Assembly (NCBI GenBank): GCA_963700145.1
Contig: OY969474.1
Span: forward strand, 2,272,001-2,336,000
Direction of reading: 5' to 3'
Length of the DNA stretch: 64,000 nucleotides
DNA from: an uncultured Acidobacteriota bacterium
GTDB taxonomy: Bacteria; Acidobacteriota; Thermoanaerobaculia; Multivoradales; UBA5704
Numbering within the stretch: position 1 is the stretch's first letter; every line of letters begins with the position of its first letter. The notes under the pieces were generated by a model. It was not told the DNA's origin. It ran no database searches and worked only from the letters and a program-made list of their open reading frames with translations. This document shows positions 8,981 through 17,699 of the stretch, one piece after another. A program made the position numbers and the translations under genes.

Positions 8981-11077
8981 TTACGAGGCCTTCATCGCCT
9001 CCAGCGCCGCCGTCGGCCCGAGGAGGACCAGCTCGTCGCCTTGGGCGAGCACGGTCTGGGCGTCGGGGATGACGCGTTCTTCGCCGCCGCGGCCTTTGCG
9101 CTTGATCTCGAGGACGCGGGCGCCGATCGTGTGCGGCAGGGCGGCCTCGGCGAGGGTCTTGCCCACCAGCTCGGGCGGCACCGGCACCAGCCGCACCGCG
9201 AAGTCGGGCGGCAGCTCGACGTAGTCGCGGTTGGCCCCCGCCTCGCGGCCCGAGACGAAGGTGGCGAGGAGCGCCGGCCGCCCCAGCACCTCCTGGGCGT
9301 AGACGGCCAGCAGGTCCTTCTTCGCCAGCACCCCCACGAACTTGCCGTTCGGCTCGACCACCGGCAGCCGCTCGAAGTCGCTGGCGCCGAGGACGTGCGT
9401 CGCGGTGTGCAGCCGCTCGTCGCTCTGGACGACCTCGCGCACCGGCACCATCAGGTCGTGGGCCAGGACGTGACTCAGGTGCTCGGGCTCGTCGAGGGCG
9501 TGCTTGATGTCGTGGAGCGAGATCGCCCCCAGGAGGCGCCCGTCCTCCCCCACCACGAAGAGGCGCTGGCGGTGCGCCCCGAGGAACTTCTCCACGACCT
9601 TCTTGTAGCCGTCGTCCGGCCGCAGGACGTCGGAGTCGGGGCGGGCCAGGTCCGCCGCCTTGAGCCCGGCCAGCACCGCCTCCTCCATCCGCCAGGCGAG
9701 GTCCACGCCGCGCCGGCGCAGCGAGTCGGTGTAGATCGACGCCGCGTGCAGCTTGCGCGACAGGGTGGAGGCGAGGATCGACGCCACCATCAGCGGCAGG
9801 ATCAGGTCGTAGTTGCCGGTGAACTCGAAGAGGATGAGGATGGCGCTGATCGGCGCGTGGCTGGTGCCGGCCGCCACCGCCGCCATGCCCACCGCGGCGT
9901 AGGCGCCGTAGGCGGCAGTGTGGGCCGGCCAGAGGGTGTGGACCCAGTAGCCGTAGCCGCCGCCGACCAGGGCGCCGACGAGGAGCGACGGCGTGAAGAG
10001 CCCGCCCGAGCCGCCGCCGCCGACGGTCAGCGACGTGGCCAGGAGCTTGGCGAGCGGCAAGGCGAGGAGGAGCATGGCGCCGCCGAGCTGCGGCGAGAGG
10101 TCCAGCTCGCCGGCCAGCGCGAGGTTGATGATCTCGGAGCCGCCGCCCAAGACGTGCGGCGCCACCACCCCGAGGGCGCCCAGGAGCCCCATCCCCAGCA
10201 GCGGCCGCAGCGGCACCGGCAGCCAGGTGAGCCGGGCGAAGAGGGCGCGGCCGCCGCGCACGCCGTAGATGAAGGCCACCGAGACGATGGCGCCGACCAG
10301 CCCCAGCCCGGCGTAGGCCAGGATCTCCCAGCCGCTCTCGAGCGCGTACCCTGGCGCGGCGTAGATCGGCACGTTGCCGGCGAGGGCGCGGGCGATGAGG
10401 GTCGAGATGACCGAGGAGACGACGATCGGCCCGAAGATCTCGAGCGCGAAGTTGCCGAGGATGACCTCCATGGCGAAGATCGCGCCGCCGACCGGGATGT
10501 TGTAGGCGGCGGCGAGGCCGGCCGCCGCGCCGCAGCCGACCAGGATCTTGATCCGGTGGGTGGGCAAGCCGACGCGCGAGCCGAGCCAGGAGGCGACCAT
10601 GGCGCCCAGCCGGATCATCGGCCCTTCGCGCCCCAGCGAGCCGCCGCTGCCGACGGTGGCGATCGCCGCCACGGCGTTGACCAGGACCGGCCGCGCCGGC
10701 ACCTTGCCGCCGAGGAGCGCCACCGCCTCGATGAGTTGCGACATGCCGCCGCCGGACGCCGGCAGCTTGGTCGCCCAGTAGACCAGCCCGACCAGGAGGC
10801 CGCCGGCCGCCGGCGCCGCCACCACCCGCCACCAGGGGACCTGCTGCGCCACCTCGAAGAGCGCCCCCGAGGAGCCCCAGAGGAGGGCCTGGAGGCGGGC
10901 CATCGCGGCGTGCACCGAGACTCCCAACACCCCCGCCAGCACCCCGACGCCGGCGATCAGCAGGTAGAAGAGGCGGTCCTCGCGGGTCGCCGCCCCGAAC
11001 CGGCGGGCGACCGTGAAGTCGAACGACTTGAGGGACTTGCGCAGCCGCTCGAGGAGGGCGGCGAGGCGCGCGCGCAT
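8981..11077 (-). CDS. ClC chloride channel/antiporter family protein with CBS pair and TrkA-C domain
   Basis: GREGP, GGLFTP, SIYT; C-terminal CBS and RCK-C segments. Confidence 0.9.
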   Translation of the reverse strand: MRARLAALLERLRKSLKSFDFTVARRFGAATREDRLFYLLIAGVGVLAGVLGVSVHAAMARLQALLWGSSGALFEVAQQVPWWRVVAAPAAGGLLVGLVYWATKLPASGGGMSQLIEAVALLGGKVPARPVLVNAVAAIATVGSGGSLGREGPMIRLGAMVASWLGSRVGLPTHRIKILVGCGAAAGLAAAYNIPVGGAIFAMEVILGNFALEIFGPIVVSSVISTLIARALAGNVPIYAAPGYALESGWEILAYAGLGLVGAIVSVAFIYGVRGGRALFARLTWLPVPLRPLLGMGLLGALGVVAPHVLGGGSEIINLALAGELDLSPQLGGAMLLLALPLAKLLATSLTVGGGGSGGLFTPSLLVGALVGGGYGYWVHTLWPAHTAAYGAYAAVGMAAVAAGTSHAPISAILILFEFTGNYDLILPLMVASILASTLSRKLHAASIYTDSLRRRGVDLAWRMEEAVLAGLKAADLARPDSDVLRPDDGYKKVVEKFLGAHRQRLFVVGEDGRLLGAISLHDIKHALDEPEHLSHVLAHDLMVPVREVVQSDERLHTATHVLGASDFERLPVVEPNGKFVGVLAKKDLLAVYAQEVLGRPALLATFVSGREAGANRDYVELPPDFAVRLVPVPPELVGKTLAEAALPHTIGARVLEIKRKGRGGEERVIPDAQTVLAQGDELVLLGPTAALEAMKAS

Positions 11078-11257
11078 GAAAGGAGGGTATCAGGTGAGGA
11101 GGAGGGGCGGAGGGGGCCGGGTCGTCCCGGCCCCCTCGTCTGCGGAGGGTTGGGTACCGCAGGGCGGAAAGAACGTCCGCCAACGGGGGTCCGGTGCCGG
11201 CGGCGGACGCCGCCGGTGGCCCCCGGCTGGAGACGGCCGAAGCCGTCCTAGGACTTT

Positions 11258-12874
11258 CTACGGATGCCGAGGATACATTGAACTATGGGAATCTGACAAA
11301 TCGCGCAGCCGGTGGAGCCGGGAAGCCAGCTCGGCGGGGGTGAGACCGAGGCGGTCGGCGCGCTCGCGGAGCGGGGCGAGGTCGACCGGGTGGAGGTTGT
11401 GCCGGGAGGGGTCGTCGAGCCCGACGAGGTCGTACGGAGCGAGGCGTGGCAGGAGCCAGGCGGCCAGGTCGGCGGGCCCGGCGGCGCGGCGGAGCGTGCC
11501 GCGCACGAGGGCGACGAGCCGCGGGTCGTCCGCCCCGAGGAAGCCTTCCCACGCCGCCGGGCGGCCGGTCTCCTCCTCGGGCAGCAGCCGCTGGCGCAGC
11601 TCGGCCGAGCTGGCGGCGGCGAAGTAGAGCAGCGCGACCGGCACGAAGCGCGCGAAGTCGCCGGCCGCGAGGTAAGCGGCGCGGGTGAGCCGGTCGGTGT
11701 GCCCGGCCTCCGCCGCCAGGAGGCGCGCGTAGCGGCGGAGGCCGGCGGCCGAGGGGACCCCGCCGCCCTCCTCGCACAGCCGCGCCAGGCGCTCGACGCC
11801 GAGGAGGCTCCAGGCGATGCCGGTCGAGAAGAGCGGGTCGAGGAAGGCGAAGGCGTGCGGCAGCAGTGCCCAGCCCGCGCCGGCGGCGCGCGCCAGGCGG
11901 TGCTGGACGCGCGGCGCGGCGACCAGCGGGCGCACTGGCCGGGCGTCCGCGAACTGCGCGGCGATCGCGGGGAAACGGTCGAGGAGGAGGCGCCACTGCC
12001 GCTCGGGCGGCAGGTCCGGCGGCAGCGGCGACGGCACGTCGTTGCGCAGCAGGAAGCCGGCGCTCGCCACGCCGTGATCGAAGGGGAGGACGTACATCCA
12101 GCCGCCGGCGAAGAGGTGGTGCACGGCGGCGCGGTCGTCTGGGTAGGGGCCGGCGGCCATCGCGGCGCCCTGCTCCACCGCCACCGCCGCGAAGTCGCGG
12201 ACGCCCGCGAAGTGCCCGCCGACGAGGCGCGAGTCGGTGTGCAGGAGGCGGGCGGCCGAGGCGACCGGCAGGTGGCGGGCGAGGAAGCCGCCCGGGCCGC
12301 TGGCGTCGGCGACGAAGCGCGCGGCGAGCGCGAAGCGGCGGCCGTCGCGGTGTCCGGCGAGCCGCGCGCCGTGTCCTGAGAGCGCCTTGCCGGCGCTGCC
12401 GATCTCGACGCCGTCGAGCTCCGTCTCCTCCCACAGCGCCACCCCCTCCGCCGCGGCGCGCCGGGCGAGGAAGGCGTCCACGTCGGCGCGCAGCCAGTGG
12501 CTGTCGGCGACCTCGTCGCGCGGGCTGGCGGCGACGAGGAGGCGCGCGTCGTTGTCGGGGCCGTTGGCGTACGGCGCGCCCTCGCGCTGGGCGTAGAAGG
12601 TGAAGCCGCGCTTCAGGCCCCGCCGCAGCTCGGGGAAGGCGCGCAGCCAGCGGCCGTAGGCGGCGAGCGCGTGGAGGTCCGGCAGGTCGTAGCGGCGGGC
12701 CAGCCGCTCGAGCGCCAGGTTGGCAAGCGGCGTCGTGGACTCGCCGAGCGCGAAGCGCGGGTGGCGGCCGCGCTCGATGAGCACCACGCGGTGGCCCAGG
12801 CGGGCGAGGACGCGGGCCAGGATCGAGCCGGCGAAGCCCGAGCCGACGACCGCGACGTCGCAGCGCTCGCTCAT
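11258..12874 (-). CDS. FAD-dependent halogenase-family oxidoreductase
   Basis: GSGFAG, GEST, LKRGF, DASG, GWMYVLP, FLDPLFSTG; ATG overlaps the rSAM stop. Confidence 0.85.
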   Translation of the reverse strand: MSERCDVAVVGSGFAGSILARVLARLGHRVVLIERGRHPRFALGESTTPLANLALERLARRYDLPDLHALAAYGRWLRAFPELRRGLKRGFTFYAQREGAPYANGPDNDARLLVAASPRDEVADSHWLRADVDAFLARRAAAEGVALWEETELDGVEIGSAGKALSGHGARLAGHRDGRRFALAARFVADASGPGGFLARHLPVASAARLLHTDSRLVGGHFAGVRDFAAVAVEQGAAMAAGPYPDDRAAVHHLFAGGWMYVLPFDHGVASAGFLLRNDVPSPLPPDLPPERQWRLLLDRFPAIAAQFADARPVRPLVAAPRVQHRLARAAGAGWALLPHAFAFLDPLFSTGIAWSLLGVERLARLCEEGGGVPSAAGLRRYARLLAAEAGHTDRLTRAAYLAAGDFARFVPVALLYFAAASSAELRQRLLPEEETGRPAAWEGFLGADDPRLVALVRGTLRRAAGPADLAAWLLPRLAPYDLVGLDDPSRHNLHPVDLAPLRERADRLGLTPAELASRLHRLRDLSDSHSSMYPRHP

Positions 12875-13836
12875 GCCGCGCCGCAGGCGGCGCAGGCGAC
12901 CCGCGGCTCGGCGGCGCCGCCGCGGTTGATCCGCCCGAGGCGCGCCAGGCGCGACGCGGCGCAGGCCGGGCAGGCGGCGAGCCGCTCGACGTCCCAGAGG
13001 TCGGCCGCGACGATCCCCGGCAGCGGCAGCGCGGCGTCGAGCGCGGCCTCCAAGTCGGCGAGAGCCGGCGGCATCCACTCGCCGGCGGCGCGCAGCCGCT
13101 CCAGCTCGCCGTTGCCGCCGCGCACCGGGATGAGCGCCGCCCGCTCGGCGCCGAGCGCGAAAGCGTGGCGCACCGACTCGACGGCCCAGGCCGCCGCCTC
13201 GGCGGCGGGCACGAACGGCGCGCCGACCAGGACGAAGGCGCGCCAGGGCAGGCCGGCGGCGGCGAGGAAGTCGGCGGCGCGCGCCAGGTCGTCGAGGGTC
13301 GCCCGCTTGTTGAGCCGCGCCAGCGCCGCCGGGTGCACGGTCTCGACCCCCATCGCCACCTCCAGCGTGCCGGCGAGGCGCGCGGCGAAGGCGAGGCAGC
13401 GCGCGCCGACCAGTCGCGGGTGGCACTCGACGACGACGCGGGCGAAGGGCGCCGCGAGGGCGGCGATCGCGGCGTCGTCCTCGGGCGGCACGGCGCGCGG
13501 GTCGAAGAAGTTGCTGGCGTTGTAGAGCTTGAGGCGGGCCGGGAGCGGCTCGGCGAGGCCGGCGAGGGCGCGCCGGAGCTGCGCCGGCACCGCGCCGCGC
13601 GGCGTCGGGCCGTCGAGGGTCGAGCGCCAGAGGTCGCAGAAGACGCAGGTGAACGGGCACTCGGCGCCGGCGAGGAAGACGGTCAGCGCGCTCTCGCCGC
13701 GGCCGTCCGCGGTCCGCTCCTCCTCGACGAGCGCGCCGAGCGGGTGCCAGGGATCCACGGCCGCCTTCGCCGGCCGCAACGCGCGGATGCGGCGGTCCTC
13801 GGCGCGCGGCGTCGGCGCCGCGGCGGTTGCCGCCAC
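12871..13836 (-). CDS. Radical SAM protein, archaeosine RaSEA-like
   Basis: CPFTCVFC (CxxxCxxC), KLYNASNFFD, ECHP, EVAMGVET..LNK. Confidence 0.8.
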   Translation of the reverse strand: MAATAAAPTPRAEDRRIRALRPAKAAVDPWHPLGALVEEERTADGRGESALTVFLAGAECPFTCVFCDLWRSTLDGPTPRGAVPAQLRRALAGLAEPLPARLKLYNASNFFDPRAVPPEDDAAIAALAAPFARVVVECHPRLVGARCLAFAARLAGTLEVAMGVETVHPAALARLNKRATLDDLARAADFLAAAGLPWRAFVLVGAPFVPAAEAAAWAVESVRHAFALGAERAALIPVRGGNGELERLRAAGEWMPPALADLEAALDAALPLPGIVAADLWDVERLAACPACAASRLARLGRINRGGAAEPRVACAACGAA

Positions 13837-13839
13837 CCT

Positions 13840-15168
13840 CTACCCTCGCGCGTGCAGGCCGAAGAAGTGCGCGCGGTAGCGCTCGGCCGGGAGCGCGAAC
13901 CGCTCGCGCAGGGTCGCGGCCGGCGCGGCGCCGTGCTGGAAACGGCGCTTGGGGAAGACGGGCAGCTCGCAGCCGGCGACGGCGCGCACGCCGCGCGCCA
14001 GCACCTCGCCCTTCAAGGCGTAGAGCGCCGCGTGCGAGCCCGCGGTGAGCGCGTCGAAGGGGATCGCCTCGGCGGCCTCGACGACCGCCGGCCGCGTGTA
14101 CGGGCTGAAGGGCACGAAGCCGTGGCGGCGCGCCGGCGCCCAGCCGCGCACGCAGCCGCGCGACAGGCCGCCGCTGTAGGTCAGCGAGTGCTTGATCGCC
14201 TCCACCCCCCAGCCTTCCTGGTAGAGCATCGAGTTGCCGACGACGCTGCGGATCGTCAGCTCGCGGTTCTCCTCGATCGGGTAGTCCTTGAGGTTCTCGT
14301 CGCCGCCGTCGCCGTCCACGAGGTAGCGCCACTCGGGGTAGCGCGCGCGGATGCCGGCCATCAGCGCCAGGTTCATCGCCGCGCACTCGACGTCGAGCGG
14401 CTTGTAGTCCTCGATGACCGCGACGGCGACCAGCGCGTCGATCTCCTCGGCCCGCGCCGCGACCGCCTCGCCGAGCATCTCGAGCCCGGTGCGGCGCAGG
14501 AACTCGCGCGCCTGCTCGAGGTCGGGGCCGCCGCCGTCCACCGCCAGGGTGAAGGCCTTGAGCCGCGCCGGGCTCTGGCCGAGATCGAGGAGGACGCGGT
14601 GGAGCGTGAGGAGGACGCCGCCGCTGTCGAGGCCGCCCGAGAAGAGGACGCCGAGCGGCTCGCGCGGCGGCAGCGCCGAGACCCACTGCCGCAGCTCCTC
14701 GTAGAGGCGGCCGACGTAGAGCGTGCCGATGGCGTCGAGGTCGGGCGGCAGGGTGCCGCGCTCGGGCGCGAAGAAGCGGCGGTAGGTGGGGTTGGGGTCG
14801 GGGCAGCCGACCAGGCGCAGCGTCGTCACGTGGTGCGCCGGCGCCATCCGCGTGTAGCTGGGGTGAAACTGGTCGCCGTGTCCTTCGGCTTCGAGGCAGC
14901 GGCGGATCTCGTCGATCCGCTCGGCGACGACGAGCATCGGCCCATCGGTTTCCTTGGCCAGGAAGTAGCGCAGCGGGCGGTCGAGGCTGCGGGCGAGATA
15001 GACGCGGTCGCCCTCGCGCGCCGCCAGCGCGAAGGAGCCGCGGATGCCGAGCGCCTCCCGCGGGTCGGCGGCGAGGAGGCGCCGCTCGGCCTCGGCGCGG
15101 TCCAGGCCGAGGAGGAGCTGGGACGCGGGATCGACGAGGTCGAGGACGCGGGCGATGGCGACGGGCAT
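13840..15168 (-). CDS. Asparagine synthetase-related ATP pyrophosphatase / amide ligase
   Basis: FSGGLDS PP-loop, GDGGDE, KRRFQHG; no N-terminal catalytic Cys. Confidence 0.8.
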   Translation of the reverse strand: MPVAIARVLDLVDPASQLLLGLDRAEAERRLLAADPREALGIRGSFALAAREGDRVYLARSLDRPLRYFLAKETDGPMLVVAERIDEIRRCLEAEGHGDQFHPSYTRMAPAHHVTTLRLVGCPDPNPTYRRFFAPERGTLPPDLDAIGTLYVGRLYEELRQWVSALPPREPLGVLFSGGLDSGGVLLTLHRVLLDLGQSPARLKAFTLAVDGGGPDLEQAREFLRRTGLEMLGEAVAARAEEIDALVAVAVIEDYKPLDVECAAMNLALMAGIRARYPEWRYLVDGDGGDENLKDYPIEENRELTIRSVVGNSMLYQEGWGVEAIKHSLTYSGGLSRGCVRGWAPARRHGFVPFSPYTRPAVVEAAEAIPFDALTAGSHAALYALKGEVLARGVRAVAGCELPVFPKRRFQHGAAPAATLRERFALPAERYRAHFFGLHARG

Positions 15169-15180
15169 GGCGGCTCTCTC

Positions 15181-16419
15181 CTATTCGTAGCGCAGCGCCG
15201 CCGAGGGATCGACGCGGGCGGCGCGCCAGGCGGGGGCAAGGCAGGCAACCAAAGTGACGGCGAGCGCGAAGGCGACGATCGCAGCCAGGTCCACCGGCCG
15301 CACCCGGAACGGCACCGAGCGGATGAAGTAGATCGCCGCCACCTCGGCGTCGAAGCGGATCAGCTCGAAGCGGGTGAGCACCCAGGAGGCGCCGGCGCCG
15401 GCGGCGACGCCCAGGAGCGTCCCCACCGCCCCGAGCACCCCGCCGTAGGCGAGGAACACGCTGCGCAGGCTGGCCGGCGGCAGGCCGAGCGCCGCGAGGA
15501 CGCCCAGGTCGCGCATCCGCTCGCGCACCAGCACCACCAGCGTCGAGGCGACGTTGAAGGTCGAGACCAGGACGATCAGCCCGAGCACCAGGAAGAGCGC
15601 GATCTGCTGCAGCTTCAACGCCGCGAAGAGCTCGCGGTTGAACTGCTGCCAGTCGGAGACCAGGAAGCCGCTGCCGAGGAGGCGCGCGGCGGCCTCGCCG
15701 ATGCGCGGCGCCTCCTGCGGGTCCTCGACGGTGAACTCCAGCAGGTCGCTCGCCCCTTCCGCGCCCATCAGCCGCTCGACGAGCGGCCGCTCGAGCACCA
15801 CCCAGGAGCGGTCGAACTCGGCGAAGCCGGTCGAGAAGGTGCCGGTGACGCGCAGGCTCTGGTAGTGGAAGCGCGGCCGCCCCTCCTCGAAGCCGAGGGC
15901 GACGAGGCGGAGGACGGCGCCGGGCGCGACGCCGAGCTTCTTCGCCAGGTCGGCGCCGAGCACCGCGCCGGGGATGCCGTCGGCGCCCGGCCGGAGCTGC
16001 TCGGGGCGGGCGGCGAGCTGGCCGCCGCCGGGATCGACGCCGCGCAGCACCACCTCGACGCCGTCGGGCGCGGCGCCGCCGGCCAGCGACCCCTGGCCGT
16101 AGGCGACGCGCCCGACCTTGAGCACTCCGGGGATCGCCTCCAGTGCTTCCAGCCGGTGCGGCGGGACCCCATCCGCCTCCGCCAGCAGCGGGTAGGCCAC
16201 GACGGCGGCGTTGCCGCCGATCAGCTTCCCCTGGAGGTCTTCGCGGTAGCCGGTCATGAGCGCCATGGCGATGACCATGGCGGTGACGCCGAGCGCGGTG
16301 GCGAGGAGAGCGGCGCGGGCGGTGCCGTCGAGGAGGCGGCTGCGCGGCCCGCGCAGGAACCGCCAGGCGATCGTCCAGGCGAGCGGGGCGCGGGAAGGGC
16401 GGGCGCCGGCGCGGCTCAC
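15181..16419 (-). CDS. LolC/LolE-type ABC permease
   Basis: IAWRFLR, ALMTG, FNVASTL..LVRER, P.AARVDP..ALRYE; GTG overlaps the carA stop. Confidence 0.88.
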   Translation of the reverse strand: MSRAGARPSRAPLAWTIAWRFLRGPRSRLLDGTARAALLATALGVTAMVIAMALMTGYREDLQGKLIGGNAAVVAYPLLAEADGVPPHRLEALEAIPGVLKVGRVAYGQGSLAGGAAPDGVEVVLRGVDPGGGQLAARPEQLRPGADGIPGAVLGADLAKKLGVAPGAVLRLVALGFEEGRPRFHYQSLRVTGTFSTGFAEFDRSWVVLERPLVERLMGAEGASDLLEFTVEDPQEAPRIGEAAARLLGSGFLVSDWQQFNRELFAALKLQQIALFLVLGLIVLVSTFNVASTLVVLVRERMRDLGVLAALGLPPASLRSVFLAYGGVLGAVGTLLGVAAGAGASWVLTRFELIRFDAEVAAIYFIRSVPFRVRPVDLAAIVAFALAVTLVACLAPAWRAARVDPSAALRYE

Positions 16420-17522
16420 CAGCGGTCCGGCAGGAGGTCCAGGAAGCGGTCGAAGACGCCGGCCGCGTCGTGCGGCCCGGGCGCCGCCTCCGGGTGGTAC
16501 TGCACCGAGACGATCGGCCGGCCCTCGGCGGCGAAGCCCTCGACGGTGCCGTCGTTGAGGTTCACCTCGGTCACCCGGCAGCCGGCGGGGAGCGAGTCGG
16601 GGCGGACGGCGAAGCCGTGGTTCTGGCTGGTGATCACCACCCGGCCGCTCGGCAGCTGGTGCACGGGCTGGTTGCCGCCGTGGTGGCCGAACTTGAGCTT
16701 GAACGTCGAGCCGCCCAAGGCGAGGCCGAGGAGCTGGTGGCCGAGGCAGATGCCGAGGATGGGGACCTCGTGCGCCACGAGCTCCTTCACCGCGGCGATG
16801 GCGGTGGTGAGCGGCTCGGGGTCGCCGGGGCCGTTCGAGAGCACCACGCCGTCCACTTCCAACTCGCGGCAGCGCGCGGCCGGCGTGCGCGCCGGCAGGA
16901 CGTGCAGGCGGGCGCCGCGCGCGGCGAGCGAGCGCAGGATGTTCTGCTTGACGCCGAAGTCGTAGACCGCCAGGCGCCAGCGCTCCTCGCCGTCGGGCGC
17001 CAGCTCCCACTCTGCTGCGCAGGTCACCTCGTCGACCAGCGCCCGGCCGGTCATCGGCGGGAAGTCGGCGAGCTCGGCCTGGAGGGCGGCGGCGTCCGAG
17101 CGCTCGGTCGTCAGCACGCCGCGCAGCGCGCCGCGGTCGCGCAGGCGGCGCACGACGGCGCGGGTGTCGAGCCCTTCGACGGCCGGCACGTCGAAGCGGC
17201 GGAGGTAGGCCGGAAGGCCCTCGTCGGGGCCGTGCTCGGAACGATCGGCGGGCTCGCGGGTGAAGCGGCGCGCCACGAACCCCTCGACCCACGGGCGGGC
17301 CGACTCGACGGCGGTATCGGAAACGCCGTAGTTGCCGATGTGCGGCTGGGTCATGACGACGATCTGGCCGCGGTAGGAGGGGTCGGTGAGGACCTCCTGG
17401 TAGCCGGTCATCGAGGTGTTGAAGACCACCTCGCCGAAACGGGTGCCCGGGGAGACGGCCTCCCCCTCGAAGACGCTGCCGTCCTCGAGGACGAGGAGGC
17501 CGGGCGTGGGGGTTAACTGCAT
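16416..17522 (-). CDS. carA: Carbamoyl-phosphate synthase small subunit
   Basis: GEVVFNTSMTGYQE, SNGPGDP, GICLGHQ, QYHPEAAPGPHD. Confidence 0.97.
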   Translation of the reverse strand: MQLTPTPGLLVLEDGSVFEGEAVSPGTRFGEVVFNTSMTGYQEVLTDPSYRGQIVVMTQPHIGNYGVSDTAVESARPWVEGFVARRFTREPADRSEHGPDEGLPAYLRRFDVPAVEGLDTRAVVRRLRDRGALRGVLTTERSDAAALQAELADFPPMTGRALVDEVTCAAEWELAPDGEERWRLAVYDFGVKQNILRSLAARGARLHVLPARTPAARCRELEVDGVVLSNGPGDPEPLTTAIAAVKELVAHEVPILGICLGHQLLGLALGGSTFKLKFGHHGGNQPVHQLPSGRVVITSQNHGFAVRPDSLPAGCRVTEVNLNDGTVEGFAAEGRPIVSVQYHPEAAPGPHDAAGVFDRFLDLLPDRW

Positions 17523-17531
17523 AGGTGGGGC

Positions 17532-17692
17532 GGAGGCGCCGGGGTGCTCCGGCCGGGAACCGGCGCGAGCGTCAAGGCCTGCTCGATCCGAGGCTCGCGC
17601 CTGCGCTTCGCTGCGCGCCGGACCGGTCTCACCTGCCGCGTTCTTGCCGGCGCTTGCTCAGAGCTTCCCGGCCGGAGCACCCCGGCGCCTCC
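17532..17692 (+). repeat. 161-bp structured repeat, copy A
   Basis: Perfect 28-bp terminal inverted repeat; internal motifs shared with 46234-46396 and 49892-50052. Confidence 0.8.
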
Positions 17693-17699
17693 TAGTACC

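Noticed and set aside
11258-14686. Apparent 1142-aa halogenase and other N-terminally over-extended ORFs (15181..17292, 34043..37426, 54912..57260)
   Set aside because: The extensions are Arg/Gly-rich off-frame reads of upstream genes; real starts overlap the upstream stops
13165-16965. Very long alternative-frame ORFs (e.g. 13165..16965+, 30830..33916-, 39128..41101+, 46915..50040-)
   Set aside because: Antisense or off-frame shadows of real genes in high-GC DNA; no motifs
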